Below are positions 1 to 13,300 of a DNA stretch of 64,000 nt, one piece after another. Position 1 is the first letter of the stretch, and every line of letters begins with the position of its first letter. Source of the DNA: Vicugna vicugna (Eukaryota); NCBI GenBank assembly GCA_013265495.1, contig MU061579.1, positions 2,291,319 through 2,355,318 of the forward strand. Direction: 5' to 3'. A program made the translations under genes and the position numbers. Under the pieces are notes generated by a model that did not search any database, had not been told where the DNA came from, and was given only the letters and a program-made list of their open reading frames with translations.

Positions 1-999
1 AGTCATTCATGTTTTTCACCCTCACATGGGCCCTTCTCCTCACTCATACTTCCCTCTGCTCTGTTTTTACACCCCTGCGTTTGTGGCTCTTGACTCATTA
101 GCTTCACAGATGACAGTGTATCTTATCATAAGAAATAAGTCATTATTTCCCCCCAAATTTAGGACCTGCAATTAAAAACCAAGTAAGTATAAAATAATTG
201 AAAACAGAAAAGACATCATTTAAATTTTATAAAATTCATCAAATCTAGTGGTAAGAAAAGAAGTACTTATATCTCATATGGAAAGAAGACAATTCAACCA
301 AAATGTTCTAAATTTTTTGAGGAAAGGTAACAAGAGAAACCTTTTTTTGACATTATAAGTTAAGTAAAGAAAATATGCACCATATAGGAAAAGAGGCTTA
401 ACAGTTTACCATACAAGAATAGAAGGGAATGGAGAAGTAAAATATAGATAAGAAAACAGAAATAATGAGATTTGAGGTGAGTGCATAAATTGAAAGCAAT
501 AAAAAATTGAAGGAAACAGATCATTGAAAACCAGGGACACTGAAAGGACTTTAAAAGAATATGAAACACAACTTGGAGGGAAAAAAAATCAATGCAGGTA
601 GAGAAAAAGGACTTTATTTATAAGTTCATGTTTCCTTTATTCTTAGGAAAGCCTTCGAGGTAAAATGGCTGGAAAGAGAAAGGGGAGTAAAGATACGTTA
701 CTTTGTGTACATGGTTTTTCTAGGACTTTTTCTGTGGAAACAGTGCTTTTGAGAGCAAGATTAGGGCTTAAGCATTAATGTGGAGTTATGTATTTAGAAT
801 TTAAAAGGCTGTGCCTAGAGAATACAATTGAGGTAGGGAGGACTTGATGGAAAATTAGGAAACAAATCAAAATACCCTTTCCCCCACTCTACAAAGATAT
901 TCTGAGTGTTAACCAGTCTGTTAGCTCTGTGAATTATACGGATCATTTCATGACTAGTTTTCTTTAGGTAGAGTGCCTAGGGCGTAGAATGAATGATGA

Positions 1000-1440
1000 A
1001 TTAGTCATGGAAGTTTAAGAGTTAGTAGAGAGATTATGTTCAACCTATCCAGTCTCAGATTGTTCACGTATCCTTCAATGCTACTATGAGTCGTTCATTT
1101 CTGCTTGAATAATTCCAGTGACACAAAATCCAGAGATATCTCACTCTATTTTGGGACATCTTTTAACTTTCTACCTTTCTCTAATATTGAGCCCAAATCT
1201 GCCTTTCTATAGCTCGAATCCATTTATCTTGGGTTTTCCTTTTGAGAAAGCACAAAATAAGTTCTATTCCTTTCCCAAATGGAAGTATATCCAGGACCTA
1301 AATTCAGATAGATACTCTGTTATAGTGTCTAGATGTATAATAGTCCCTCTTTTATTTTTTTTTTTCTGGTTTACAGCCTCAGTCTTCCCAATTGTTCTAT
1401 TTTACTTGGTTGCAAATCCTTTTAGCATTCTGGTTAGTCT
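1000..1440 (-). mobile_element. L3/CR1 LINE relic
   Basis: Degenerate match to antisense L3 motifs (catttctgcttgaataattccagtgac ... atattgagcccaaatctgcctttctatagc ... cacaaaataagttctattcctttccc); boundaries approximate. Confidence 0.6.
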
Positions 1441-1897
1441 TATTTAGTGAAAAATATTTTTTCAAAGAAACAAGGAATTAAGGATGAGCTCCTTCAGTTT
1501 ATATTTTTATACTGATTCATTTTGAAGAACCCAGAAAATCCATTTAAATACTTTTGGGGAAATAAAGAGGAGGTACAGATTAAAACTGCATATGGCTTTG
1601 ATCTGAATTTGCACATAATAAAGGTATGGTTTGGCTAGTGTATAATATATAAATAAAATAAATACAAGTATATGTAAAAAAGAATGAAAAAAGAAAAAAA
1701 TGGATTAATTAAAAAATAGTATTCGATTTATATAAAAGAATTTTCAGTCTCTACCTTTTATTTCTTAATTGAATAAATATTTTGATTTGAGTTGGTGCCT
1801 GAAATGAATTTTTCCCTAAGATGCCCATTCAGCATTCTAGCAAATTTGGCACTATTATATATATCTCCTTGAGTGGATAATATCAGTAGAAGTAAAA

Positions 1898-1935
1898 GAC
1901 AAACAAAACAAAACAAAAACAAAGCAAAACAAAAA
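1898..1935 (+). repeat. (CAAAA)n imperfect microsatellite
   Basis: acaaacaaaacaaaacaaaaacaaagcaaaacaaaaa. Confidence 0.85.
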
Positions 1936-2699
1936 CTATTTTCTCAGTGCAAATTATTGAGTTTAATGACTAATAATATGTAGTCACATATAACCGTAAT
2001 GTTACATGGAGATCAAAATAGAGCAAAATAAGACTGAAAAAATGTCTGAATTGGATGTCCTGACAGGTATGGACTTTCCTTAATAAAAAGTTACTGCAAA
2101 GTACATCCTTCATGTATATGAACTCCTCCTTAATGCCAAGTTGCTGTCAGTGTCCCTTGGTGAGTCCTATTTATGAGTAGATGGTGGCAATCTCTCAGCA
2201 TCCCTGTACGTCTGACTTTCAGTGAGTCCTAGGCACAATATATGGCCTTTCTAGAACTGGGACATTTAGTTAATTTGCTGGCAGAGAATGCTTTTAATGC
2301 CACATGACTTTTCCCTGACCCTACCCAGGATTTCCATTTTCAATTTGCTTCATATATTATGAACCTATATAATCTTAATGAACATCTTCCATATGGTAAT
2401 TATAGTGCTTGACTTTATAGTCTCAAAAGCTTCAGTGCCTACATAAATTCTTTCTCTATAATACTGTTGAATGTTGCTTTGTAGGCTTCCCGTTCTGCTT
2501 TTCTTAGATTCAGTTCCCAAAGTAATACCCTTTCGGCATTTGATTATATATGAGTCTTAGACAATATTCCAAAACAATAGAAAACCTATATGTGCTCTGC
2601 CTCTCACTGCTGTTGAAGAGGTATGCTATGTGTGCATATATAATTTAGTATTTTTCAGTCTCTTTTAATATTTCAGAAAGAGGGGAATGGAATGTAGGA

Positions 2700-2930
2700 G
2701 GAGATACAGATTAATCACTTAACCTCTCAAGACCTCACTTATTTCACCAAGATAAGGGATTTAACTAACTGACCTTTAAAGTAACTTCCCAATTTCTGAA
2801 TATGGAAGACTAGGAATTTTAGAAATTGGGATTTGCTCTAGGTTTGCCAATAAACTATATTTAACTTTCCTGGGGGCATGGTTTCCTCACCTGTAAAATA
2901 TGGAGACCAAGTTGGACCAGAGATGTAATC
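2700..2930 (+). mobile_element. MIR/MIR3-like SINE fragments
   Basis: Core-like motifs tcacttaacctctc and gtttcctcacctgtaaaat, with gttggaccagagatg MIR3-like tail. Confidence 0.55.
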
Positions 2931-3329
2931 TTTAGTGATATAGCATGTGTTGACCTTATTTTTCCCTTGTGAAGTTTCTGTTGAGAAGGATTCTGAGAAC
3001 TTGCTTTGACTCTGCAGCATGGATTGTCAAGATCATATGATCAATTATGATTTATATTACAGGCTTCTTACATAATTTCTAAGGTTTTAAATTTAAAAAA
3101 GTCTGATGATTACTATCACTTAAGGTGCTATATTTTTCTTTTTTGGTGTATAGGCAGATAGTGCTTTTAAAAATACATGCATCCAAGAAAATGTTTGGTG
3201 CACTGAGGAAGACAGATTGAAGAGAAGACAGTCATTTAAAAGACATTTGAAGCACTTTAATGCAGCAGAGAGACAAAGGATTTGACTCATTCTTTGTAAT
3301 TCTTGGGGGCAGAACAAACGCTGGTAGGT

Positions 3330-3550
3330 GTAAAGAGTAGAAAATTGTTTCCTTATAAGGAGGAAATGTATTAACTTAAGAAATGCTCAGCAAAATCTGC
3401 TCCAAAGAATAGCCTATGTTCTGAAATCTTTATCACTGAAGATGTTTAAGCTCAGGTTGCATGGTAATTTCTCAAAATCATTATTAAAGGAATTCATTCA
3501 TAAGTTAGACAAAATGGATTCCAACACTAATGGTCTGGGATTCTAGGATT
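3330..3550 (+). mobile_element. L3/CR1 3' end relic
   Basis: atcactgaagatgtttaagctcaggttg ... ggattccaacact ... gattctagga resembles the L3 3' terminus. Confidence 0.5.
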
Positions 3551-3924
3551 TTCAGCAGACATAATAGCAATCATTCTGTACTGGACACAATTCTGTATCT
3601 GGTGACATAATTCTCAAAGATTTCATTGGAAGGAGTGATTGAGAATTTTTAACATAGTCATCTGATTTTTAACCAATGCTACAATGTCCTAGTGAAGCTC
3701 TTTTACTTACCAAAGCTACTGTTCTGAAGAGAAAATCACTAGTTTCCATCTGCGGAACTATCAATTCTTTTGCATCTAGAGATGCCACTCTGTCCTCATT
3801 TTGAATATAATTTTTCTATTGCAGTATAACTGAAAATAGTAAAGTTGTAATAAAGACAACTTGCAAAAGTAATTTTATGATTGATTGTTTTCAACTTCTT
3901 AAAGTGTGGAATATAAAGCATTCA

Positions 3925-4065
3925 TTTAGAATCATAAATTATTTTACCTGGAAGAGATTATGAAAATTCCCCATCTGGAAATCCAGTTAATAAGAAGTAA
4001 CTTTTTCAAGGTCATTAAATTAGTGAGAGAGCTGTAATCCAGATTTTCTGAATCCCTGTCCAGGG
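3925..4065 (-). mobile_element. MIR3/MIRc-like fragment
   Basis: tagaatcata...ctggaagagatt ... aagtaactttttcaaggtca ... ccagattttctgaatccc. Confidence 0.45.
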
Positions 4066-4942
4066 GGGCTGGAAGAATAACCAAATTTACTGCAGTAGCT
4101 TGCTTAAAAGTACAGATCTTGGTGAGTTGACACTTTTTTGCATGTCCTTGGATGCACTGCTTACCTCAAATCAGCAGGATGAAATGGGAAAGCAAACAAT
4201 TTTATTCATAAGATGCAGAAAAACACTAGGTAGTGTAGCCTGCTGTGCTCCCGGAGGGGCATGGAAGTTGGCGTCTCTTTGCAAAGCTTGACATTACAAA
4301 CATGCTTTGTAATCAACTAAAGCTTTTTGCTGGAAGTGAAAAACTAGTCAAAAATATATTCCAACTTAAAATCAGGAGCTGCCTGATATGATCTTATCAC
4401 CACTGTCTTGTGACTGGGGACACCACAGTAGGCAGCACCCCCAAAGTTTACAGAAACAAGTTACTGAAGAGTCTAGTCAAAAACATTAACCAGACTCACC
4501 CATCATTATGTAAGCTTGCCTGTCCACTCTCATCAGGACAGCAGGCATCGATTAAATAAATAGTACTTCTCATTATAAAGAGGACGGTTAACACAGGCAC
4601 ATTAGCTGCTTGTAATAGGATATTAGCTAATTGACTGGGGGAGAATGTCTTTAGACACCATAGTGCATATTGGTGAGGATTTGAATTATCTGTGGTCTTT
4701 GTTAAGTACAGTACCATGATAAGCCAACATAATCAAATAGTGAAGAAATTGCAGGCAAATATCTTTTAAAACAACAAAGAAATGTAGATCTAATTTAGAA
4801 ATGGTGCCACTTTGGGGAAGATCGTGGAAAACTTGGCCATAATGCTAAAGTTTTACTGATATCTGAATTTATAATGAGAACAAAATACAAGGTTGAGAGG
4901 ACTGATGGCTTTCCAAAGGTGTTTTGGATCACTTATCTTAAA

Positions 4943-4967
4943 GTTTGTTTGTTTGTTTGTTTGTTTA
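4943..4967 (+). repeat. (GTTT)n microsatellite
   Basis: gtttgtttgtttgtttgtttgttt. Confidence 0.9.
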
Positions 4968-7699
4968 TTTTGTTTTTTCCCCAATAAAGCACCATACTAT
5001 CAATGGCTTTTTTTCTTATTTCTGAACCAATTATCAAAAAGACATTGTATATTATGTCTTTAAATATGTGACTTCAACAGGCTTTGCATAACAAGTTTTT
5101 TTTAGTATGTATCTACAAGACATTTTCTCCCAGGGGACTGAAGTTCTAATGTTATCATGGAAATCAGTGGGAAGGTAACTTCCAGCTAAACCGTGAATTT
5201 GCTTTACTGAGAACTCCGCTGGATCACCTTAGGTTAGGGGAGAATATCCAAATAGGTTCTGCTTCAATAAGGGTGGGAACAGAGGCAGGAATCAAATCAT
5301 TTGCTTACGTTTTGCAGCTCCTGAACATAAGAACATTGTGGTTATGCCTCAGAGGCTGAGAATGCGTGCTGGACTGGGTTGAGTAGATGGTGGTTCTGTG
5401 AGAAAGTAAAGAAAGGTGAGAGATCAGAGCTGTACAGAACAAACTGCATGTGCGTGGGGACAATTAGTGAGGGAGGAGGTTACAGGTTTTGAAATATGCT
5501 TAACTTTTTAGTTAATTGTTTGTTTGTTGCACAACAAGGCAGTCAGGTAGACTGGGAATGCAGGGAAGTAAGAAAAGAGGAGGAGAAAATTAACAGTACC
5601 CTGGCAGGTCTGCTCAAAGGTCCTTTTTTAGATGTCTCATAGGGTTAACTGTGCCAATAATCTCTCTCTCTCTTTTTTTTTTTTTAACATTTCCAGAATA
5701 TATGTCAGGGACATATGAGCGTTACATAAACATATCAAATTTATATCAAAGAATACAGAATCTATTTATGACCAATCAGGTTGTCTTAATAGTGGTATCA
5801 GGTTATTATATATCACAAAAGAAATACATCTATGTTCATGTAAAACTATAGTTCATTACTTTTCATTTTAAAGCATAACTTTAGAAAATGAAATATATTT
5901 TATGTAACAAAATTATTTTAACAAGCCCTTTTAGTCTTTAGAAAAGTTTGGTGAAAGATAGGAGAAAAAAAAATCTTCAAGTATTTTTGGCCAAGTACTT
6001 CAAAGTTCTGATAATATTTTAACAAAATCAGTTCGTTCAATCTGGAAGTAAACGGTTTACAAGTGAAATCAGTGATTATGCGACATCACAGGACTTTTAA
6101 AGAATATAGCACCTGTTCTGTTTTTTTTTAAGAGAATTTTAAGATGTATCTAATTTAATCAAGAAAAAGTAGACCAATAATTTCACATAATAAATCATTG
6201 CTATAATTAAAACAGTGACTGGCAAAACACAAGAATCAGATTATCTCAACACCAGTTTAGTAATAAATTTTTAAGAAAAGAAAAAGTATCATGAACAGAT
6301 AAACCATAAAAGTATTTCACTAAGTATGCAATAATATATTTGTCCAAACATCAGTATACTTGTTAGCCATTTTATTTTAATGTAACCAATAAATAAATTG
6401 AAGAGTAGTTCAAGGAGATGTCAATTATTTAAGTATCTGTTATGTTTTATATGGGGTGGGGGGGAGCCTGCTTATTGTTTTAATAGTGTGAGGCTCCAAG
6501 CACTAGAATAGCAAAATTAGATGGTTCAGAAAGTTTAAGAAAGTAATGAATCATCTACAATTTGGTATAAGCATTGCTAACATTTTCCAAAAATGCCATT
6601 TATCAGATATTGCAATGATACAATAATATATGTTTAGCTTTTACTTCAATTGTAGCTAATTTATGAGATTCAATAAAGAGAATGACTATGTTTTTTAATT
6701 TTGCTCATAAACTGAGGGGCACTAAGAGGAGCACTTTAGCAATATAAAGTTTATTTTAAGCCAAAAATTTGTTATAAATAACTGTGAGATTTCAAAGTAG
6801 TTTACTCTAAGGAAATATGTGACATAAAAGCACTGTTAATAATTAAAATGATGAACTATTTTCAGGACTCATAAAGTTCATATGTCAAAGATATAAATTA
6901 TTTTGTCTTATTAGATGAGTTATGTATTTTTAGGAAAAAAGGGAGAATTAAACATCAGAACTGATCATTGCTGAGCATTTAGGGGAAAAGAAAAACATAA
7001 ACTATATTAAAGTGTTATGGAGTTTACTTTGGCATGGCTTTAGTATATATGAAAACATTTTCTATAGTTGTATGAATATTATGTTTATAAGTAAAATGGG
7101 TGTATTACTTATTTATCCAGAAGTCTGATGGCATTTAACTGATTTTCAAGTGTTTTGGGGTTACTTTTGTGCCTAGTACCCTGGCACCTAAGAATTTACT
7201 TTGTTGATAATTAAACTTTTAGACACTTAAAACTACAAATGAAAGTTGCCTTTTATCTGAAATGTGTGCCTTCATTATTTTAGTAAGTGGTCATTTACTT
7301 ATTTATCTCTTTTACTTTGAATAACTAATTGAGAGCTTTCATTTTATTTAGCACAAGTCCTAAATGAAAGGGGACATAGCCTTAATCAATGACTGATTGG
7401 CTGACAGAGTAAAGCACTTACACTGAATTGTCATCTATTAAGCACTAATAGATGCTAAGACTAATAGATCTATTAAGCACTACTCAACTCTTACCTATTA
7501 AATTTTGATATAAAGTCTAACTGCTCCATGTTCTATTTTCTCACCTGCAAAATAACATAGTCACATACATCAAGTTCCCAATAGTTCATGTAGGCATTAT
7601 GTGGATGGTTTCAAATAGAAACAGAGGGAGGAGGGAAGAGGGAAGGATGGAAAGAAACATTTTCTACTGATTTATGAAAGGGTCAATCCCTCAGTGCAT

Positions 7700-7920
7700 T
7701 TGGAGATGCTCCATCGAAGTAGAGAAGACTTGGAGAGTGGATACAATTAGAATACTTAGCAGTTAAAAAATGAGTCTCTATGTAGATGGGTTTAGAGAAA
7801 TGCTTTTAGGAATGAATTGGAGAATGAGAATTGGCTGCAGCTAGGTCATGTAACGGGGCACTGGGAGGAGTATGTATATAGAGACACTAGGAAGCCAGGC
7901 AGTTTATTAATGAGAAGAAT
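7700..7920 (-). mobile_element. L2 LINE internal relic
   Basis: Purine-rich degenerate L2-like sequence (gaatacttagcagtt ... tttagagaaatgcttttagg ... gagacactaggaagccaggcag). Confidence 0.4.
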
Positions 7921-10170
7921 GCTGCCCTGTAGCACTACTTCCTACTGCTAGCTGTAGGCAGAACTCCTTTGGCATGGCCACTTTTGGGGGATAATCTTCT
8001 AGAGAACTCTTGCAGAATGATAACAGAAAAGATCTGGCAAAGAAATTACTGGACAATTTTCACTGTCAAGGTTAGAGGGACAGTCCTGACCCATGTGATT
8101 GCTTATTTCAGGATAAAAGCAGATGGATCAAGTGCAGAAAATGTTGGGCTACAAATAATTTGCAAATGTAGATAAAATATATAAACAGGAACCTGAAAAT
8201 TGGGTGAGAACTGCTAATTCCTATAGCAGTTAGTTAAAATACCATTTATCTTTCTCTGCATCTTGTTTTCTGTCCCAGGATTTTCTAGGTATTATTGATG
8301 AAAATCATCTTTGGCTGCTAAGGGGGCCTCCTTCATTTTTCATGTGAACTTCAGCTATAGTCATATGATTTTTAAGTAATATAAGATGAGAAAATAACAG
8401 TAAGACCATACATGAGGCCAAAAAATATCTCTGCTGAGCTAAGGAAAAGGGAGATAAAATTTATTTTTTAAATGTTTTAATCTAAATAAGCTGAGATACC
8501 TCTCATTTTGAACACAGATTTTCTTTTTAAATTAGAGTTGATTCCATTAAAAATTCTAGGTGACTGAAATATATGAACGAAGAGAAAGAAAGCATAGTTG
8601 TTATTTTACATTGAAATGAAAATATATGGATTTATAGGTGTTCTAGGTGAACTATTTTCTTTTAACAGATCTGCTCTTGCCATATGAATACAGTCATTTA
8701 TTATTTCTTGGGAACATTTATAAAATATTTACTATATTCTTAATAACACTTTTAAATTAATGTATTTTCATTCATATTTTATCTTATTCAAAAAATGACT
8801 TAAAGTGGCTTATAAAAATGTATTATAAAACCTTGACAACCAGTCATAGTTTTATTATAATTGAAACATACTGAAGTCTACCGAAAAAATACCTCCCCAT
8901 ACTTCCTTCACGTGCTGTTTTTGTTATTTGAAAATGTCATCTTGGTGATTATTCACCTCACAGGAGTGCTGTCAATTGATACAGCAGACTGCACTTACAT
9001 AAAACTCCTCTAGTGATCTCTTGACCTGGTACCATCTCATTGTTTTTACTGCCATCTTTCTGCCACAAACAGACCAAACCAACTCACCTGTTGTTGCAGA
9101 TATAGATAAGCTGTCTATTGCTGCTTTGGTCAAACAGAACATGCCCAGAGGCTGTTATTCAGATTTTGACTTAATAACTTTAAAACATTTCCTCTGACCT
9201 AACTAGTCTCCTTCAGTAACCTGTCTACCCACAGAGTACTGTTCTCCATTGTGGTAATCTACCTCTCCCTTTCAGTCGACACTCACATTCATTCAGTACA
9301 CATCTGAGCTTGACAGTAGGAACAACAGAATTCAGTCGAACAAATGCACATTAGTTTATGAACGACTGGAGTTGGTCTTGGAGGAAGTGAACTATGTGAG
9401 TTGAATTCATTCTTGTTCGTGAAAGATTATTAAGATCCTAAAATAGGGATATCTGCAGTTTAAGAAATATTTAATAAACATATGTCTCTGTAATTGGTAG
9501 AAATTGACAGGAAGTATGACAAAATGACAGAGGAAATTTTCTGATATTGTAATAAGGGAGTTGCACAGCACCGAGGATATATGCCAAGGGACATCAGCTG
9601 GACTAGTTCAGGTTGAACTGCCTAAGTCATGACTTTCTTAAATTATTAGCCCTCAAACTATTAAAAAGCTGAAAGGTGTGTATGTATGTGTGTGTGCACC
9701 CACATATTTGTGCACCTGGACATGTGTGTGTTTCCAGTTGAAGCAGAAAGGTGGTCAGTTAAGTGTAGTCATTCTATGTAAGTCATTTATTCAAGAGTCT
9801 TGAGATTGACATGAGTCTTGATGTAATATTAGTGTCTATCTCAGTAGTTGTTTGAATTGTTCATTATTTCTGCTGAAGTGACAACAGCTCCACTGGGCTT
9901 CCACCACAAAGATAATAAGCCTGTAGACCAAGCTGTATTATCATCAGTGTTCTAGTCAGCCAAGGTACTCTTACATTTCAGGAATATCCCAGTTATAGGA
10001 GGTAGGGCGAAAAATGCAGAAGAGAGATGCCTTGGTTTACTGTTGAATCCATCGCATGGAACACAAACCTTGGCTATTGGTAGCTATAGTCAGGAAGATC
10101 TGATAGGAAACAATTCAGTGATTCCTCTGGCTTTTGATCTAAACCTAGTCAATCAGAAATAAGTGTATCC

Positions 10171-10337
10171 ATAGCACAGGGAACTATATTCAATATCTTG
10201 TAATAACTTATGGTGAAAAAGAATATAAAAATGAATATATGTATGTTCACGTATGACTGAAGCATTGTGCTGTACACCAGAAATTGACACAACATTATAA
10301 ACTGACTATACTTCAATAAAAAATATATATATACAAA
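10171..10337 (+). mobile_element. 5'-truncated LINE-1 3' UTR (young, camelid-type) with degenerate TSD
   Basis: atagcacagggaactatattcaatatcttgtaataac ... gctgtacaccagaaattgacacaacattataaactgactatacttcaataaa; near-identical to the other copies in this window; flanks aaataagtgtatcca (10157-10171) / aaataatgtgtcca (10338-10351). Confidence 0.92.
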
Positions 10338-13300
10338 AAATAATGTGTCCAAGAATAAAATATCATGCCATATGTTGAGTAAGCATATGTTCTGAGGCTT
10401 AAAACTGATTGGAGATTTTGTATTCCTCTCTAACTTTGATAAGTTGCTTTTGTTGGATAATATTATTTTCTCAGCTATTGTATATATGCTTCCTCAATAT
10501 TGGAGATCTCTATCTCTCAATTATGAAGAAGTTTTCCCAGTTCTTGGTGATTGTTTAAGGCCAAATATTGCATTGTTACATTATAATGCACCCTTATGAA
10601 AATAGTGGTAATTAATTTCATCTAACAATTAGTAATAGTACAGAATACCTCTTTTGTGTCCAAACCTGTGCTGGATGCTAGACTGAATTTACGGCATTTA
10701 ATCTGTTGCTTGTATTGTTTGTCTCCTTTCTTCTATTTCATTACAAATGGAGATGCTGGATATCCCTGCATTTTTCACAGTTCGTAGATAGTAACGTGGA
10801 ATATACAGATGCAGGGCCTTTAGAATGTATGATCCCTGGCAAATCTGAATAGAATGTCAGAAAGGAGAAAAGGAAAAAAACAGTGCAACCGAGGCAGCTA
10901 CTCCTTTTTCTCATTTCCAAAATAATTTTTCAGGTCTAGGGAAATTTTTGACATGAGTTAAAACCTTACTCAACCTTTGAACCAGGCTTAATTCAGAAGA
11001 TCACCCTGAGTCTTATAGATCATGACAGTATCAGAGGGGCCATATTTTTACATGGATAAACCATTCCAGGACAATTTCTCCAGTATATTAGACACAGGCA
11101 TATTATAATCTTCCAGTTTCAAACACTTAATGTCTTATCTTGCTCCCTTGATGTATCTTCAGGAAATGCATGTCTTTTGGCTTTGTAAGAAATATTCTAT
11201 TTTCAACTAACATTAAATTGTCTGCACATTATCTTATCCCAATAATGGTGAACATCAGAGTTCATTTTCTTTGGGGAATGTCTCACTCACAGCTTTTGTT
11301 TGCCGTAGGGGAAATGACAGGGTGTATTAAGCTCCTTCGGTGGCAATAGTTATATTTATTTGGGGACTTTGTGCATTTCACTTTTCATATCTTTGCATAT
11401 GCCAACCTCAGATGGACTTCTTTTCTTACCTGCCTGGGGGAGGCAGAAATAGCAGCAGAAGAGGTGCAGTTTCAGAGCTGAGGGCAACGAAAGGGTGGTA
11501 CCAGGAGGACCAGTGTGTAATAGAACAAAGTGTGATTGTTCTGCACGCATTTGCCCTCGCTCAGGCGATTCATGCACAGACAAGAAAGTCCTTTCCCTTT
11601 TCCACATTTTTAGACAGACTGCTTAGTTTTGGGTTTTGTTTGTCTGTTTCTTAATGCCAATCCCAGCTGGAAAGTAGAGAGGCATCCTCTGTCCCATTGC
11701 TTAAAATTCCCTTTCAGGGAAAGTGAGCGATACTCAGAGTCACTGCTCTAAGTTTTGCTTCAGTACTTGTTTTTAATTCATATTTATGTCATGCTTTTCA
11801 CACAAAGGACTTGAGGCATTCTCTAGAATCCATAAGAAATGAATATATGCTAATTAGCTTACATCCAGTTATTTTCAACCCAACAACTCGTAGTCCCTGT
11901 TGGTTTGTACTGCAATGTAATCTGCAGCAGTCGTGTGTTGTATTTGGTAGGTGGTCTTTAAGATACAATCATTTGTATTTTAATTATATATGAGTTTATG
12001 TAGAATAAGAAAACATGATAGCTGTTTTCTGCAATGGAAATTTATGTTTGATATTCCTGACTCACAACTGGGAGATGAAGTAATTTGGATCAGCCAAAGC
12101 ATGCAGATAGATGAACTGATTAAATAATCGGTATCTCCATCATCCTAATTATATGGGATGACATCTTTGAAATCAGTGGCTAATTTTTGGAGAAAACATG
12201 AAATTTAATTTTTCCAGCCTTTTCAAAGTGCAATGAATCACTGTTATCAGAATAATGTTATTTTAAATGTGTTTGACTAGAATCTTTTATCAAGCCTCTG
12301 CTTTTTCCTGAAGCTATTCCTCTATAGATCACATGATAAGATATCAAATCACCTTTCACCAATCATGCAGAGCAAAAGATCTTCAAAATTCTAAGCATTT
12401 ATCCCTCAGGAGAGATCTTACTTCATGCTGTTGAATCATTCCATGCAAATTAGGTGTCTTCCTCACTCTACATCAGCACTGAAAGAAATTAAAGAAAAGA
12501 AAGTACCCAATTTGCCAGCTGGAGATAGTCGTGTTAAACTTTTTACCCTTTTGTGCTCTTGCATCTGTATCCTTCCATTAAAAACAAATCATCTCTGAAG
12601 TTTTATGGAACTTAAGAAAAAATTTTTAAAGAGAAAAAAAGGTAATGTTTTCCTAAATTCAGATGTAGCCACAGCTAGGTTATTATGGATAATGTTCAAG
12701 CAATGTCCAGACTGGATGGCCATTTTCCCCTAAATGTATTTCTATGGAGTGAAAGTATTTGTTTTTTCTCTTGGAATCTTCAAGATAATTAATTTTCAGT
12801 GCACACAGCTGATTGAGGTGGATAACCTGGCTTCGTTAAACATGCACGCTGTTTCTGACCATCAACATTATAACTCATCAGACTTTCCAAAGCAAGAGCT
12901 GTTTAAATCAAAGGATTTTCTCTGCGGATCCCTGACTGCTGCTGGCTAGATGTCAGAGCTTGGAAGCTACTCTCTAAGTAATTGTGAAGCACTGTTCTCC
13001 AATCAGCATACATTATTGCAGAGCAAGAAATACACCGGCTGAATTTCCATTGAAGTTTTAGCTCACCCGTTTGAACTTTGAGTTATATGTACTTAAATGT
13101 TTCTGCTGGATTAAAAGCCTGCTACCTTCTTCCCTTTCATGAGAGAAGTGTTCAGGACAAAACTACACCCTTCTGACTTCTCGAATTACACACTGAGGAT
13201 AACTGTCATTGCTTTAGCAACAGGATTTAATATCCATAAACTGTTTCATTTTGGCCCCCCATATGAAAAGTATATAACTCTTAAAGGACAGAGGAAATCA

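Noticed and set aside
3351..3360. Perfect CArG box CCTTATAAGG
   Set aside because: Isolated, inside a probable L3 relic, and expected by chance in AT-rich DNA
11356..11607. 83-aa minus-strand ORF spanning the splice cassette
   Set aside because: No recognisable protein similarity; cannot be supported as CDS
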